From NCBI GenBank assembly GCA_964615415.1, contig CAZTNI010000002.1, positions 190,745-254,744 of the forward strand: DNA of 64,000 nucleotides, in the 5' to 3' direction. This document shows positions 8,835 through 17,601 of this stretch, one piece after another (within the stretch, counting starts at the first letter, position 1; each line of letters begins with the position of its first letter). This stretch comes from an uncultured Candidatus Saccharibacteria bacterium (GTDB lineage Bacteria; Patescibacteriota; Minisyncoccia; Phycocordibacterales; SBAW01). The notes beneath the pieces are model-generated. The model saw only the letters and a list, made by a program, of their open reading frames with translations, did no database searches and had not been told where the DNA came from. A program made the position numbers and the translations under genes.

Positions 8835-9905
8835 ATGGCCTGGTTTACATCACGTAAAAAAGGGACAGTGTTTGTAGGACTCTCGGGAGGAGTCGACTCT
8901 GCCGTGTCCGCTGCGCTTTTGCAGCGTGCAGGATATGATGTCACCGGGGTATTTATTAAGATTCAAATACCAGGGTATCCATGTCCCGCGGCAGTTGATC
9001 GTGTGGAGGCTATGCGGGTTGCGGCGCATCTCGATATCCCTTTTATAGAGATTGATTTATCTAAAGAATATACTGAGGGGGTTTTTAAAAATGCTGTCGC
9101 AGAATTTAAAGCTGGTCGCACGCCTAACCCTGACACGCTCTGTAATAAAGAAATCAAATTCGGTGCATTTTACAATTTTGCCATGGAGCAGGGAGCAGAT
9201 TTTGTCGCTACTGGACACTATGCGCGTACTACCAAGGCCCAGTTGTACGAAGGTAAAGATCCAAATAAAGACCAAAGCTACTTTCTTTGGATGGTGCCTC
9301 AAGAACACCTCGCAAAAACAATCTTTCCCGTAGGAGGTCTACGTAAAACAAAAGTGCGTCGTCTTGCTAAAAAATTTGGTCTTCCTAATGCTGTCCGCAA
9401 AGATAGCCAGGGTCTATGCTTCTTGGGCGACATTTCACTTGACGACATGCTTACCAAAGAGGTGTCACCGAAACCTGGCAAAGTGTTTTCCGAAGATGGA
9501 GAGGAGATTGGTGAACATGGAGGTGTTGAGTTTTATACTCTTGGAGAACGGCACGGGTTTACACTCTACACCACAGGTTCTGCCATGCAGCCGCATTTCG
9601 TGATCGGAAAGAATTTAGAAAAAAATACCCTTACGGTTTCCACAAACCGTTTTCCGCGTGGTGCTTCTCATACCACCGTGTTACTACGAGATACGAATTG
9701 GATCGGCGCTATTCCAACCGGAGCACTGCATGCTCGCTATCGGTATCGTCAAAAACTTATTCCGGCACACCTTTCGATCGAAGGAGGTATGACAGTGGTT
9801 ACTTTAACTGAGCCGCACTATATCCCACTCGGACAATCTCTTGTGCTCTATCAAAATGATCGATGTGTAGGGGGTGGCATTGTTGATAAGTCGGAGCCGG
9901 CATAG
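8835..9905 (+). CDS. mnmA: tRNA-specific 2-thiouridylase MnmA
   Basis: PP-loop VGLSGGVDS. Motifs FGAFYNFAMEQGADFVATGHYAR and DQSYFLW. 356 aa. Confidence 0.9.
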   Translation: MAWFTSRKKGTVFVGLSGGVDSAVSAALLQRAGYDVTGVFIKIQIPGYPCPAAVDRVEAMRVAAHLDIPFIEIDLSKEYTEGVFKNAVAEFKAGRTPNPDTLCNKEIKFGAFYNFAMEQGADFVATGHYARTTKAQLYEGKDPNKDQSYFLWMVPQEHLAKTIFPVGGLRKTKVRRLAKKFGLPNAVRKDSQGLCFLGDISLDDMLTKEVSPKPGKVFSEDGEEIGEHGGVEFYTLGERHGFTLYTTGSAMQPHFVIGKNLEKNTLTVSTNRFPRGASHTTVLLRDTNWIGAIPTGALHARYRYRQKLIPAHLSIEGGMTVVTLTEPHYIPLGQSLVLYQNDRCVGGGIVDKSEPA

Positions 9906-9927
9906 ACAGGGGTCGTATACTGCACGT

Positions 9928-10356
9928 ATGGAGGCACGGAGGGTTGCTACCGCGCTTGTGTTGTTTCTTTGCACTGCAGGCGTACTTTGGTGGGCAGCAG
10001 CGTCTCTTGATGCGCGTTCTGGCGTGGCAACGTATCCACCATCTAATGGCGCGGCATCTTCCTACATGCTTGTGATACAGCACCACAAAGAAGGAGGGTC
10101 ACATGTATACTCAGGGGAGGTGCAGACTACAGGATGTGATACTTTGGCAACAGGTGTGCAGCTCCAAGGAGAACAAGTTCCACGAGTAGCGGTGACTTTA
10201 ACGCGCATCGCAAGCACGAGTTGTCCTACAGGAGCAGTGCAGGCGTCGACAGAAGAACCGTTTATGGTTGCAATAGCATCTCCTATAGGCATTCCTGCAC
10301 TACATAAGGTCATACTTGATGGAACAGAAGCCACCTTTACCGTAATTGAAAAATAA
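9928..10356 (+). CDS. Hypothetical secreted or membrane-anchored protein
   Basis: Signal/TM segment VATALVLFLCTAGVLWWAAASL. Start placed at the internal ATG to avoid overlap with mnmA. Confidence 0.5.
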   Translation: MEARRVATALVLFLCTAGVLWWAAASLDARSGVATYPPSNGAASSYMLVIQHHKEGGSHVYSGEVQTTGCDTLATGVQLQGEQVPRVAVTLTRIASTSCPTGAVQASTEEPFMVAIASPIGIPALHKVILDGTEATFTVIEK

Positions 10357-10367
10357 TTTTTACACCG

Positions 10368-11204
10368 ATGACAGTACTTGTTGCAAAGGCAGACGGCACA
10401 AACGAACAATTTGACCCACAAAAACTACGTGCTTCGCTGCATCGCGCTGGAGCAGATGGGCAAGCGGCGGAAACTATTGCAAAGGAAGTGGAAGGAGAGT
10501 TGTGGGACGGAATTACTACGGGAGAAATCTATGCTCGTGCGTTTGCTCGTCTGCGAGAACATCGGCGCGGAGTTGCTGCTCGCTACTCACTTAAAAGAGC
10601 GGTACTCGACTTCGGTCCATCGGGGTTTCCTTTCGAATCCTATATTGCTGAACTTTTTAAACAAGAAGGATACGCGGCAAAAGTAGACCAAATTATTGAG
10701 GGAGCCTGTGTCGAACACGAAGTAGATGTCGTACTGACCAAGCCAGGAAAGACTATACTTGTTGAAGCGAAATTTCATAACACCGCTGGGTTTAAAACTG
10801 ACCTTAAGACCGTTTTGTATGTACAGGCTCGTATTGAAGACATTGCGGCGGCGCAACGAGCAAAAGGGGAAGAGGGTATTGTTGAAGGTATGGTGGTCAC
10901 TAATACAAAATTCACTTCAAAAGCGGTTCAATATGCCTCGTGCAAAGGGCTCGGGCTTGTAGGATGGGACCATCCGCACATTGGCACTTTACAAGAACGT
11001 ATTGAGAAGGCGGGGTTATACCCTGTAACTGCTCTTACCTCGCTATCTGCAAGAGAGAAAGCTGCTTTACTTGCGGAACGCATCGTGCTCTGCAATGCAC
11101 TTCCAGATGCTGGCGAGGCGTTGCGGCGAGCGGGTGTTTCGGGGAAAAAAGCCGATACGGTGCTTGAAGAAGTGGGAGCATTGTGTAAACCAGTTACCGA
11201 GTAG
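10368..11204 (+). CDS. ATP-cone domain fused to an Mrr-type PD-(D/E)XK restriction endonuclease domain
   Basis: N-terminal ~85 aa VAKADGTNEQFDPQKLRASLHRAG...ETIAKEVEGEL fits the ATP-cone. Middle: FESYIAELFKQEGY...EHEVDVVLTKPGKTILVEAKFHN...VVTNTKFTSKA fits the Mrr_cat D...ExK core. Confidence 0.75.
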   Translation: MTVLVAKADGTNEQFDPQKLRASLHRAGADGQAAETIAKEVEGELWDGITTGEIYARAFARLREHRRGVAARYSLKRAVLDFGPSGFPFESYIAELFKQEGYAAKVDQIIEGACVEHEVDVVLTKPGKTILVEAKFHNTAGFKTDLKTVLYVQARIEDIAAAQRAKGEEGIVEGMVVTNTKFTSKAVQYASCKGLGLVGWDHPHIGTLQERIEKAGLYPVTALTSLSAREKAALLAERIVLCNALPDAGEALRRAGVSGKKADTVLEEVGALCKPVTE

Positions 11205-11246
11205 GGTATGATACAGGAGAGCGATTATTAAGATAGAACATACGGT

Positions 11247-11996
11247 ATGCAAACTAACGATTCACAGAAAGGAAGTCCGAATACGCCCCAGAGTTCAAAG
11301 CCATCAGGATTGTCATGGTCGCAACCAGCATCCACCACCACACAACCACAAACCAAACCATCTGTGGCGCAAGCCTCTTCATCAAAAGGTTCTACTTCTC
11401 CTAAGGTGCCACAAGGAGCTACTACCCCTAACCGTAGGCGACTTCTTGGGTTTATTGCGAGTGGACTTTTGCTAGGCTTTATTGTCGGCTGGGCATGGTA
11501 TGCATTTCGTCCATCCGCAGATGAACTTGCTACCACGAACACCGCTACCACTACATCGACAGGCACTGTAATAACCGGAGGGGGCAGTACTTCTCCTACA
11601 GCAGGTACAGGTTCTGCCGGATCCTCGGCGTCTGCTCCGTCTCTACCAGCTACAGGCGTGCAAGTAGCGCTTACTGACACAGTATCTGCTCCTAATCCAC
11701 AATCTCCAGGTACAAAAGTGCTTCTCTCTGCAATAGATGTTTCTGTGCCAACATGGGTCGTTGTGTACGACAACAAGAACGGTGTGCGCGGTAATGCACT
11801 CGGTGCAGCGTTATTCACACCTACATCTGCAAAAGGTGCAGTATACTTAACCTTGCTTCGAGCAACGACCGCAGGGCAGACATACCTCATTGGTCGCAAC
11901 GTCGACAACGGCGACCAGATCTTCTCACTTCAGACAGACGGTCCAGTTGTAGACACGACTGGTGCCCCGATCTATCAAACACTCGAGGTGCGATAA
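11247..11996 (+). CDS. Membrane-anchored protein with an S/T/P-rich disordered N-terminal region, one TM helix and an extracytoplasmic C-terminal domain
   Basis: TM LLGFIASGLLLGFIVGWAWYAF. Chosen over the antisense 226-aa ORF because of the TM plus folded-domain architecture and the tight spacing to the next + gene. Confidence 0.55.
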   Translation: MQTNDSQKGSPNTPQSSKPSGLSWSQPASTTTQPQTKPSVAQASSSKGSTSPKVPQGATTPNRRRLLGFIASGLLLGFIVGWAWYAFRPSADELATTNTATTTSTGTVITGGGSTSPTAGTGSAGSSASAPSLPATGVQVALTDTVSAPNPQSPGTKVLLSAIDVSVPTWVVVYDNKNGVRGNALGAALFTPTSAKGAVYLTLLRATTAGQTYLIGRNVDNGDQIFSLQTDGPVVDTTGAPIYQTLEVR

Positions 11997-11999
11997 ACA

Positions 12000-12500
12000 A
12001 TGCACCCTGTCCCAGGACTAACTGAATATGCGCCGTTTCCGCTTATGCAAGCGGACATGGTAGTAAGCCTACTTATTGCGGTACTACTCGGCGCACTTAT
12101 GGGGCTGGAGCGTTCACTTGCGGGCAAACAGGCGGGCATGCGCACCTATGCACTCGTGTCGATGGGGTCGTGCCTCTTTGTGGTTATAGGCACATTGTCG
12201 AGCGTCGGCTTAAGTTCTATGTTTGCAGGCGTTAATCCGCTCCAAATTGCAGGCTCGGTAGTGATCGGTATTGGCTTCATTGGTAGCGGCTTAGCGCTCG
12301 CTAAAAAGGAGCAACATGTCGAATTAACCACGGCATCAGGCTTCTGGGTGGCAGCCGGTGTTGGTATGGCCTGCGGATTTGGCTATTACTACCTTGCATT
12401 TGCTGCGGCAGTATTTGCAGTAGCAACATTCTCCCTCCTTCTTGGTATAGAAAATAGTTTGCGCAAGCATTTTGTACCGAAAAAAGAGAAAAGCGAGTGA
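12000..12500 (+). CDS. MgtC/SapB family membrane protein
   Basis: LLGALMGLERSLAGKQAGMRTYALVSMGSCLFVV matches the MgtC N-terminal signature. Confidence 0.8.
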   Translation: MHPVPGLTEYAPFPLMQADMVVSLLIAVLLGALMGLERSLAGKQAGMRTYALVSMGSCLFVVIGTLSSVGLSSMFAGVNPLQIAGSVVIGIGFIGSGLALAKKEQHVELTTASGFWVAAGVGMACGFGYYYLAFAAAVFAVATFSLLLGIENSLRKHFVPKKEKSE

Positions 12501-12520
12501 AAAAATGATAGAATGCTCTG

Positions 12521-13381
12521 GTGAGTCTGTACTATAAGCCCAACAGAAAACCAGACTGGAATTACGGTGGCCCAAAATGGCGCCTCTCGCGTTCTAAAAT
12601 CGAGCTTTCTCTCGATTGCCCACGTTGCTTCTATATAGACAACAAACTTGGTGTAGCGCGCCCTCCGGGGTTTCCTTTTAACCTCAACAGCGCCGTAGAC
12701 GCACTCCTTAAAAAGGAGTTCGATATTCATCGCGCTGACGGTTCTACCCACCCCCTTATGCACGCCTACGGTGTAGAGGCTAAGCCATTTGCGCATCCAA
12801 AAATGGAAGTATGGCGCGAAAACTTTAAAGGAGTCGAGGTGGCGCACAAAGGCACAGGGTTTTTGGTATGTGGCGCTGTCGACGACATCTGGGTAAACCC
12901 TAAAGGCGAGTTGATGGTCGTTGACTATAAATCGACCAGTAAAGACGAAAAAATTGATGCGCTCGACCAAGAGTGGCACGACGGCTACAAACGTCAGATG
13001 GAAATTTACCAGTGGCTCTTGCGTCAAAACGGCTTTACTGTGTCTGACACCGGCTACTTTGTGTACGCCAACGCATCTAAGGATAGAGCTGCATTTGATG
13101 CGAAGCTCGAATTTGATGTCACGCTTATTCCACACACGGGAAATGCAGATTGGGTTGAAGGTGCACTTCAAAACATTAAAACAATTCTTGACAGTGCTGA
13201 GGTGCCTGCAAAATCCACCGACTGTGACTTTTGTGCGTACCGCGAGGCTGCAGGGCAAGCGCTAGCGACTGCCACACACAAAACCCCTCCTTCCTCTCAA
13301 CCCATTCCTGCTCCCGTAAAAACACCACGAGGTAAAAAACTCGCGACTCATGAACAAGACCAAACAGGACAGCTTTTCTAA
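12521..13381 (+). CDS. PD-(D/E)XK nuclease, Cas4/RecB-like, with four cysteines
   Basis: N-terminal CPRCFY. Nuclease motifs AVDD...ELMVVDYKST. QxxxY motif QMEIYQWLL. C-terminal CDFC. Orphan: no CRISPR or cas neighbours. Confidence 0.7.
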   Translation: MSLYYKPNRKPDWNYGGPKWRLSRSKIELSLDCPRCFYIDNKLGVARPPGFPFNLNSAVDALLKKEFDIHRADGSTHPLMHAYGVEAKPFAHPKMEVWRENFKGVEVAHKGTGFLVCGAVDDIWVNPKGELMVVDYKSTSKDEKIDALDQEWHDGYKRQMEIYQWLLRQNGFTVSDTGYFVYANASKDRAAFDAKLEFDVTLIPHTGNADWVEGALQNIKTILDSAEVPAKSTDCDFCAYREAAGQALATATHKTPPSSQPIPAPVKTPRGKKLATHEQDQTGQLF

Positions 13382-13634
13382 CAAAGTCTACGCGGTAGTA
13401 GCCACAATTCCTGCAGGGCAGACCATGACCTATAAAGAAGTGGCAAAAGCTGCAGGGAGTCCGCGCGCGTTCCGCGCAGTAGGGAATATTTTAAATAAAA
13501 ATTATAACCCCGCAATTCCGTGTCACCGCGTTGTGCGATCGGATGGAGCAACCGGCGGATACAACCGTGGCGCTCTGCGCAAAAAAGAATTGTTGACAGC
13601 AGAGCGCGAGGGGAGTAGAGTCGCGGTGCAATGA
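13350..13634 (+). CDS. ogt: Methylated-DNA-protein-cysteine methyltransferase (MGMT/Ogt) DNA-binding and active-site domain
   Basis: VYAVVATIPAGQTMTYKEVAKAAGSPRAFRAVGNILNKN...IPCHRVV with the PCHR active-site motif. Short single-domain form. Confidence 0.8.
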   Translation: MNKTKQDSFSNKVYAVVATIPAGQTMTYKEVAKAAGSPRAFRAVGNILNKNYNPAIPCHRVVRSDGATGGYNRGALRKKELLTAEREGSRVAVQ

Positions 13635-14104
13635 AGCGACGCGGTTTTACCCTTATCGAAATCCTTATTGTTATAGGCATTATTGCCGTTTTAGCAGCAA
13701 TTGTGATTATTGCCATTAACCCGGCAAAGCAATTTGCACAGGCGCGCAACACGCAACGCGAGTCAAATATAAACGCTATTTTAAATGCAATAGGACAGCG
13801 CATGGCTGACAACAAAGGCGTATTTCAAGGAACATTTACAGGGGGAGAGGGGGTGGTGTCGTGTCCAGAACTTCCTACCGCAACATCAACCATTTTCTCT
13901 GGAAGTGCTGTAAGTGGTGGCACAGATCTTTCTTGCTTAGTGCCTACCTACCTACCGTCATTCCCAGTCGATCCAGTTCTCGCAACCGGTAACGACACGG
14001 GCTATACTGTGCGTATAGACCAAGTTGGCAGAGTCTCGGTCTGCGCTCCAGGAGCAGACGAGGCAGCACTGCCGGACAGCAGTGCCATTTGTGTAAAAAG
14101 ATAA
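13631..14104 (+). CDS. Type IV pilin/pseudopilin-like protein with a prepilin N-terminal methylation motif
   Basis: MKRRGFTLIEILIVIGIIAVLAAIVIIAI contains the G|FTLIE prepilin cleavage motif. Four Cys in the C-terminal domain. ATGA overlap with the ogt stop. Confidence 0.85.
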   Translation: MKRRGFTLIEILIVIGIIAVLAAIVIIAINPAKQFAQARNTQRESNINAILNAIGQRMADNKGVFQGTFTGGEGVVSCPELPTATSTIFSGSAVSGGTDLSCLVPTYLPSFPVDPVLATGNDTGYTVRIDQVGRVSVCAPGADEAALPDSSAICVKR

Positions 14105-14142
14105 AAAGAAAAGCCGCCCCTTGTAAGGGACGGCTGTTTTTG
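14104..14142. terminator. Intrinsic terminator between pilin (+) and glmS (-)
   Basis: aaaagaaAAGCCGCCCCttgtaaGGGaCGGCTgttttt. Hairpin with one mismatch, flanked by A and T runs. Confidence 0.6.
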
Positions 14143-14151
14143 TAAGAAGAA

Positions 14152-15984
14152 CTATTCCACTGTGACCGACTTCGCCAAGTTCCGCGGTTGGTCGACATCA
14201 GTCCCTAGCAGTACGGCCATATGGTAGGCGAGTAACTGCAAAGGAATGACATACATGAACGGCGCGGTGATGAACGTGCTCGCCGGCAGTTCAAGCACCG
14301 CATGGCGCTCAACCTTGCTCCGCTTCCTGCCTGCTTTGTCCGTAAAGAGGAAAATGTTACCCTTCCGAGCTTTCACTTCCTCTACGTTGGAGAGTGTCTT
14401 TTCAAAGATTTCTCCATCGCTCGGCGCAAGAACGATCACGGGCAGACGCTCGTCCACACTTGCCAGAGGACCATGCTTCAGTTCGCCCGCAGCATAGCCC
14501 TGACCAAGCTTGTAAGTCACTTCGGTGAACTTCAGCGCACCCTCTTTAGTAAGGGGGTATGCCGTGTCACGACCCAAGAACAGAAGGTGTGTTGCTTGCG
14601 CAGAGTAGAGCCGTTCGGCCAGTGCATGCACACTCCCTTCAAGTTCCAATACTTCGTTGAGAAGTCGCGGCAATGAGCCAAGCTCCCGGATCATGTCTTT
14701 TTCTTGATCGCGAGAGATTTTTCCCTTCATACGGCCCAGCTTGATAGCCATAGCCGCAAGAATTGCTAGCTGACAGGAGAACGCTTTCGTAGAGGCAACG
14801 CTCTTTTCTGGCCCTGCGTGGGTCTGCAAGAACGTATCGACACCGCGCGCGATCTGAGACTCCGCCACGTTGACGATCCCGATGGTGCGCTGACCACCCT
14901 CTTTGGCATACTGCAAGGACGCAAGTGTATCGGCTGTTTCTCCCGACTGCGACACCACTATCGTGATGTTGCCGCGGGGGAAGGGAGGCTGACGGTACCT
15001 GAACTCGGATGCAATGTCTGTTTTCGTTGGCACCCCTGCGATCTTCTCAAACCAATACTGAGCAACATCGCACGCATAGTGAGAGGTCCCACAGGCAACC
15101 ATGGTAATGAAGTCAACGTCGACTAAGGCCTGCTCGATTTCATCACTGATCTCGAGTCGGTCAAAATCGACATGGTGCGACAGTGTATGACTCACCGCTT
15201 CCGGCTGCTCTGCGATCTCCTTGGCCATATAGTGCTTATACGGACCCTTGTCGATCTGCAGGCTTTGTGCAGGAATTTTCTTTATTGCACGCGCCACTTC
15301 CTTTCCATTTTCCGCATAGATCGTTACCGACTCACGCGTCAAGACAGCACAGTCGCCATTTTCAAGATATGAGACCGTGTCGGTAAGGGGAGCAAGCGCT
15401 AAGGCGTCAGAACCAATATACATCTCATGGTCGCCGTAGCCGATCGCAAGAGGACTCCCTCGACGAGCAGCAATGAGTAGGTCTTGCTCGCCTGCAAACA
15501 GCACCGCAATAGCAAAAGCTCCCTCGAGCTCCAATAGCGTTTCCGTCACGGCCGCCCGAGGCGACAGTTGGCGGAGCAGCCGTTGGTCAATCGCATGCGT
15601 GATCACTTCAGTATCTGTCTGTGAGAGAAATATGGCACCCTCCGCCTGCAGCTTCTCTCGAAGTTGATGGTGGTTTTCGATGATGCCATTGTGCACCACT
15701 GCCACGCGCGCGGTGGCGTGCGGATGCGCGTTTATCTCCGTTGCTTCTCCATGCGTCGCCCATCGGGTATGGCCGATGCCGACAAAACCCTGGAGAGGTC
15801 GTGCCTGAAGAGAAGAGGCGAGGTTATCCAGCTTGCCCGCAGCACGTTCCAGGTCGATTTCGTCATCAGTTTCTAGGGTTGCGATTCCTGCAGAATCGTA
15901 GCCCCTATACTCCATTTGACGCAAAGACTGGACGAGCAGGGGCGCCACCGGACGAACACCCAAAATTCCAACAATGCCACACAT
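14152..15984 (-). CDS. glmS: Glutamine--fructose-6-phosphate aminotransferase
   Basis: N-terminal MCGIVGILG (Cys2 nucleophile). 610 aa with a GATase-2 domain plus two SIS domains. Confidence 0.95.
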   Translation of the reverse strand: MCGIVGILGVRPVAPLLVQSLRQMEYRGYDSAGIATLETDDEIDLERAAGKLDNLASSLQARPLQGFVGIGHTRWATHGEATEINAHPHATARVAVVHNGIIENHHQLREKLQAEGAIFLSQTDTEVITHAIDQRLLRQLSPRAAVTETLLELEGAFAIAVLFAGEQDLLIAARRGSPLAIGYGDHEMYIGSDALALAPLTDTVSYLENGDCAVLTRESVTIYAENGKEVARAIKKIPAQSLQIDKGPYKHYMAKEIAEQPEAVSHTLSHHVDFDRLEISDEIEQALVDVDFITMVACGTSHYACDVAQYWFEKIAGVPTKTDIASEFRYRQPPFPRGNITIVVSQSGETADTLASLQYAKEGGQRTIGIVNVAESQIARGVDTFLQTHAGPEKSVASTKAFSCQLAILAAMAIKLGRMKGKISRDQEKDMIRELGSLPRLLNEVLELEGSVHALAERLYSAQATHLLFLGRDTAYPLTKEGALKFTEVTYKLGQGYAAGELKHGPLASVDERLPVIVLAPSDGEIFEKTLSNVEEVKARKGNIFLFTDKAGRKRSKVERHAVLELPASTFITAPFMYVIPLQLLAYHMAVLLGTDVDQPRNLAKSVTVE

Positions 15985-16207
15985 ACGAGTCTTTCCTTCT
16001 ATAACTGTGGATCTACAAAGTACAGCCAGACGGCAGTATACCAGACAACACTATGTAAATAAAGTGAAGAGAGCGGAGGAGGTTTCCGCACCGCTTTTCT
16101 CTGTGGTCTAATTAGCAAATCTCAAAAAGGCACTGTCAATTTTGACATCTCATCTCAAGCGTATATCGTGTAGGCCAGTCTCCCGTTATCAGATTTACTT
16201 TTTTGCT

Positions 16208-17053
16208 ATGACGCTGTCACTTGTTGTACGAAATGTGGTCTCAGTTCTAGTGCTGCTCGCGGGCTTGCTTTCGGTACTAAGCTTTACAAGCATCGCACAG
16301 GCTTCTATGGCCGGTGATATTAACTGTGAAATTGGCGGCATACTCGACCAACACAATCTCCCAGGTCCATCAGGTTGTGATAACGAGGAAGAAACGTCAC
16401 CCACAGACCTTTGTCCAAACGACACAGGTATTCAGACAACAACCCCATGTCCATCTGACACCAATAGCGGCGGTGATGGCGAAAACAATGGTGGCACGAA
16501 CGAAGGTAATACAGAAGGCAATACCAACGGAGGCTCACAGGGTGACACGTCTTCAAACACTACTACAGTGGGTGGCGGTGCAGCACAGCCAAACGGCGGC
16601 GGCATTGCGCCAGACGTAACGGGTGGAGGCAGTACTACCAGCAGCACGTCAACTCCTTCAAGCGGAACAGTACTTGGTACGAGCACCGTTGCAACTTCCA
16701 CAGAAACTACTCCGACTATTCCATCGACAACCATTTGTGACGGGCAGATCCCATACCTCACCTCTTATATGCGCATGGGTCAGCAAAATAATGCAGCGGA
16801 GGTAATGAAGCTCCAGACATTCCTCAACCTACACCTTAACCTTTCTCTTCCTGTAACAGGCTTCTTTGGTCAAATGACTCATGATGCAGTGCAGGTCTTC
16901 CAGCTTAAACATTCCAAAGATGTGCTACTTCCATGGGTAGCATACGGTTTACCGAATGAAAGTACTTCAACAGGATACGTATATAAAACAACCCAGCGCA
17001 TGATCAATAATCTTGCATGCGCAATGGAACTTCCGGTTCCTCAGTTGCCGTAA
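16208..17053 (+). CDS. Secreted G/T/S/N-rich low-complexity protein with a C-terminal peptidoglycan-binding (PG_binding_1-like) domain
   Basis: Signal peptide MTLSLVVRNVVSVLVLLAGLLSVLSFTSIAQA. C-terminal LQTFLNLHLNLSLPVTGFFGQMTHDAVQVFQ fits PG_binding_1. Start moved to the ATG at 16208. Confidence 0.65.
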   Translation: MTLSLVVRNVVSVLVLLAGLLSVLSFTSIAQASMAGDINCEIGGILDQHNLPGPSGCDNEEETSPTDLCPNDTGIQTTTPCPSDTNSGGDGENNGGTNEGNTEGNTNGGSQGDTSSNTTTVGGGAAQPNGGGIAPDVTGGGSTTSSTSTPSSGTVLGTSTVATSTETTPTIPSTTICDGQIPYLTSYMRMGQQNNAAEVMKLQTFLNLHLNLSLPVTGFFGQMTHDAVQVFQLKHSKDVLLPWVAYGLPNESTSTGYVYKTTQRMINNLACAMELPVPQLP

Positions 17054-17299
17054 AACCAATCTCGGATTCTTGTACGGATCCGAGACGGGCCCAAAAATCT
17101 CCAGCTTTCCGCTGGTTTCCCAGGGTTTTGGGCCCCTCTCAGCTCCGTACGTCCTCTTCGTAGTATAGCAATCGCGGAAGCAAAAAAATCTGCGATTTTT
17201 TATTTATTTTTACACGCACACATCTTCACTCGCACACAAAGGTGTGCTCCTGTGGACAAAATTCATTGACTCTTCAATTGAATGCTCGATAATAGTGCG

Positions 17300-17413
17300 T
17301 AAGGGAAACCAGCGGCCGACATACATGTCTGCTGTTGTTACAGTTGTAAAACAGAATACATTGCGGAATTGAAGCGAAATGCGCATGGCGTGTTTCGCGT
17401 TTTTTGTTTTTTG
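17300..17413 (+). ncRNA. Candidate small RNA or terminated leader: putative promoter TTGACT-16-GATAAT, then about 110 nt ending in an intrinsic terminator
   Basis: -35 at 17265-17270 and -10 at 17287-17292. Hairpin GCGAAATGCGCatgGCGTGTTTCGC followed by GTTTTTTGTTTTTTG at 17374-17413. No + strand CDS ends nearby. Confidence 0.25.
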
Positions 17414-17601
17414 AGAAAACAAACAACGGTAAAGCTCACAGTTAGGCTCGCATAGAGGCGAGTCTTGCTGTGAGCTGTACCTGTAAAGGTGCAGCTCACG
17501 GGACAGGTCGAGTCCCTCTAACATCACGCTCGCCGTACGGAAGCGGGATGAATGGAAGAAAAACATTATTCATTACTAAAAGTAATTACTTAACGAACGA
17601 T

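Noticed and set aside
11228-11908. 226-aa minus-strand ORF antisense to the 11247..11996 gene
   Set aside because: The + strand ORF has a TM helix plus a folded domain and abuts the next + gene by 3 nt. The minus ORF looks like an antisense artefact of G/C-rich codons.
12389-13258. 289-aa minus-strand ORF opposite the Cas4-like nuclease gene
   Set aside because: The + strand product has clear PD-(D/E)XK, QxxxY and Cys motifs. The antisense translation has none.
15985-16141. glmS ribozyme in the leader of glmS
   Set aside because: The reverse complement of the glmS upstream region lacks the conserved AGCGCCAGAACU...GACGAGG core. Only a generic hairpin with a T-run at 16073-16104 is present.
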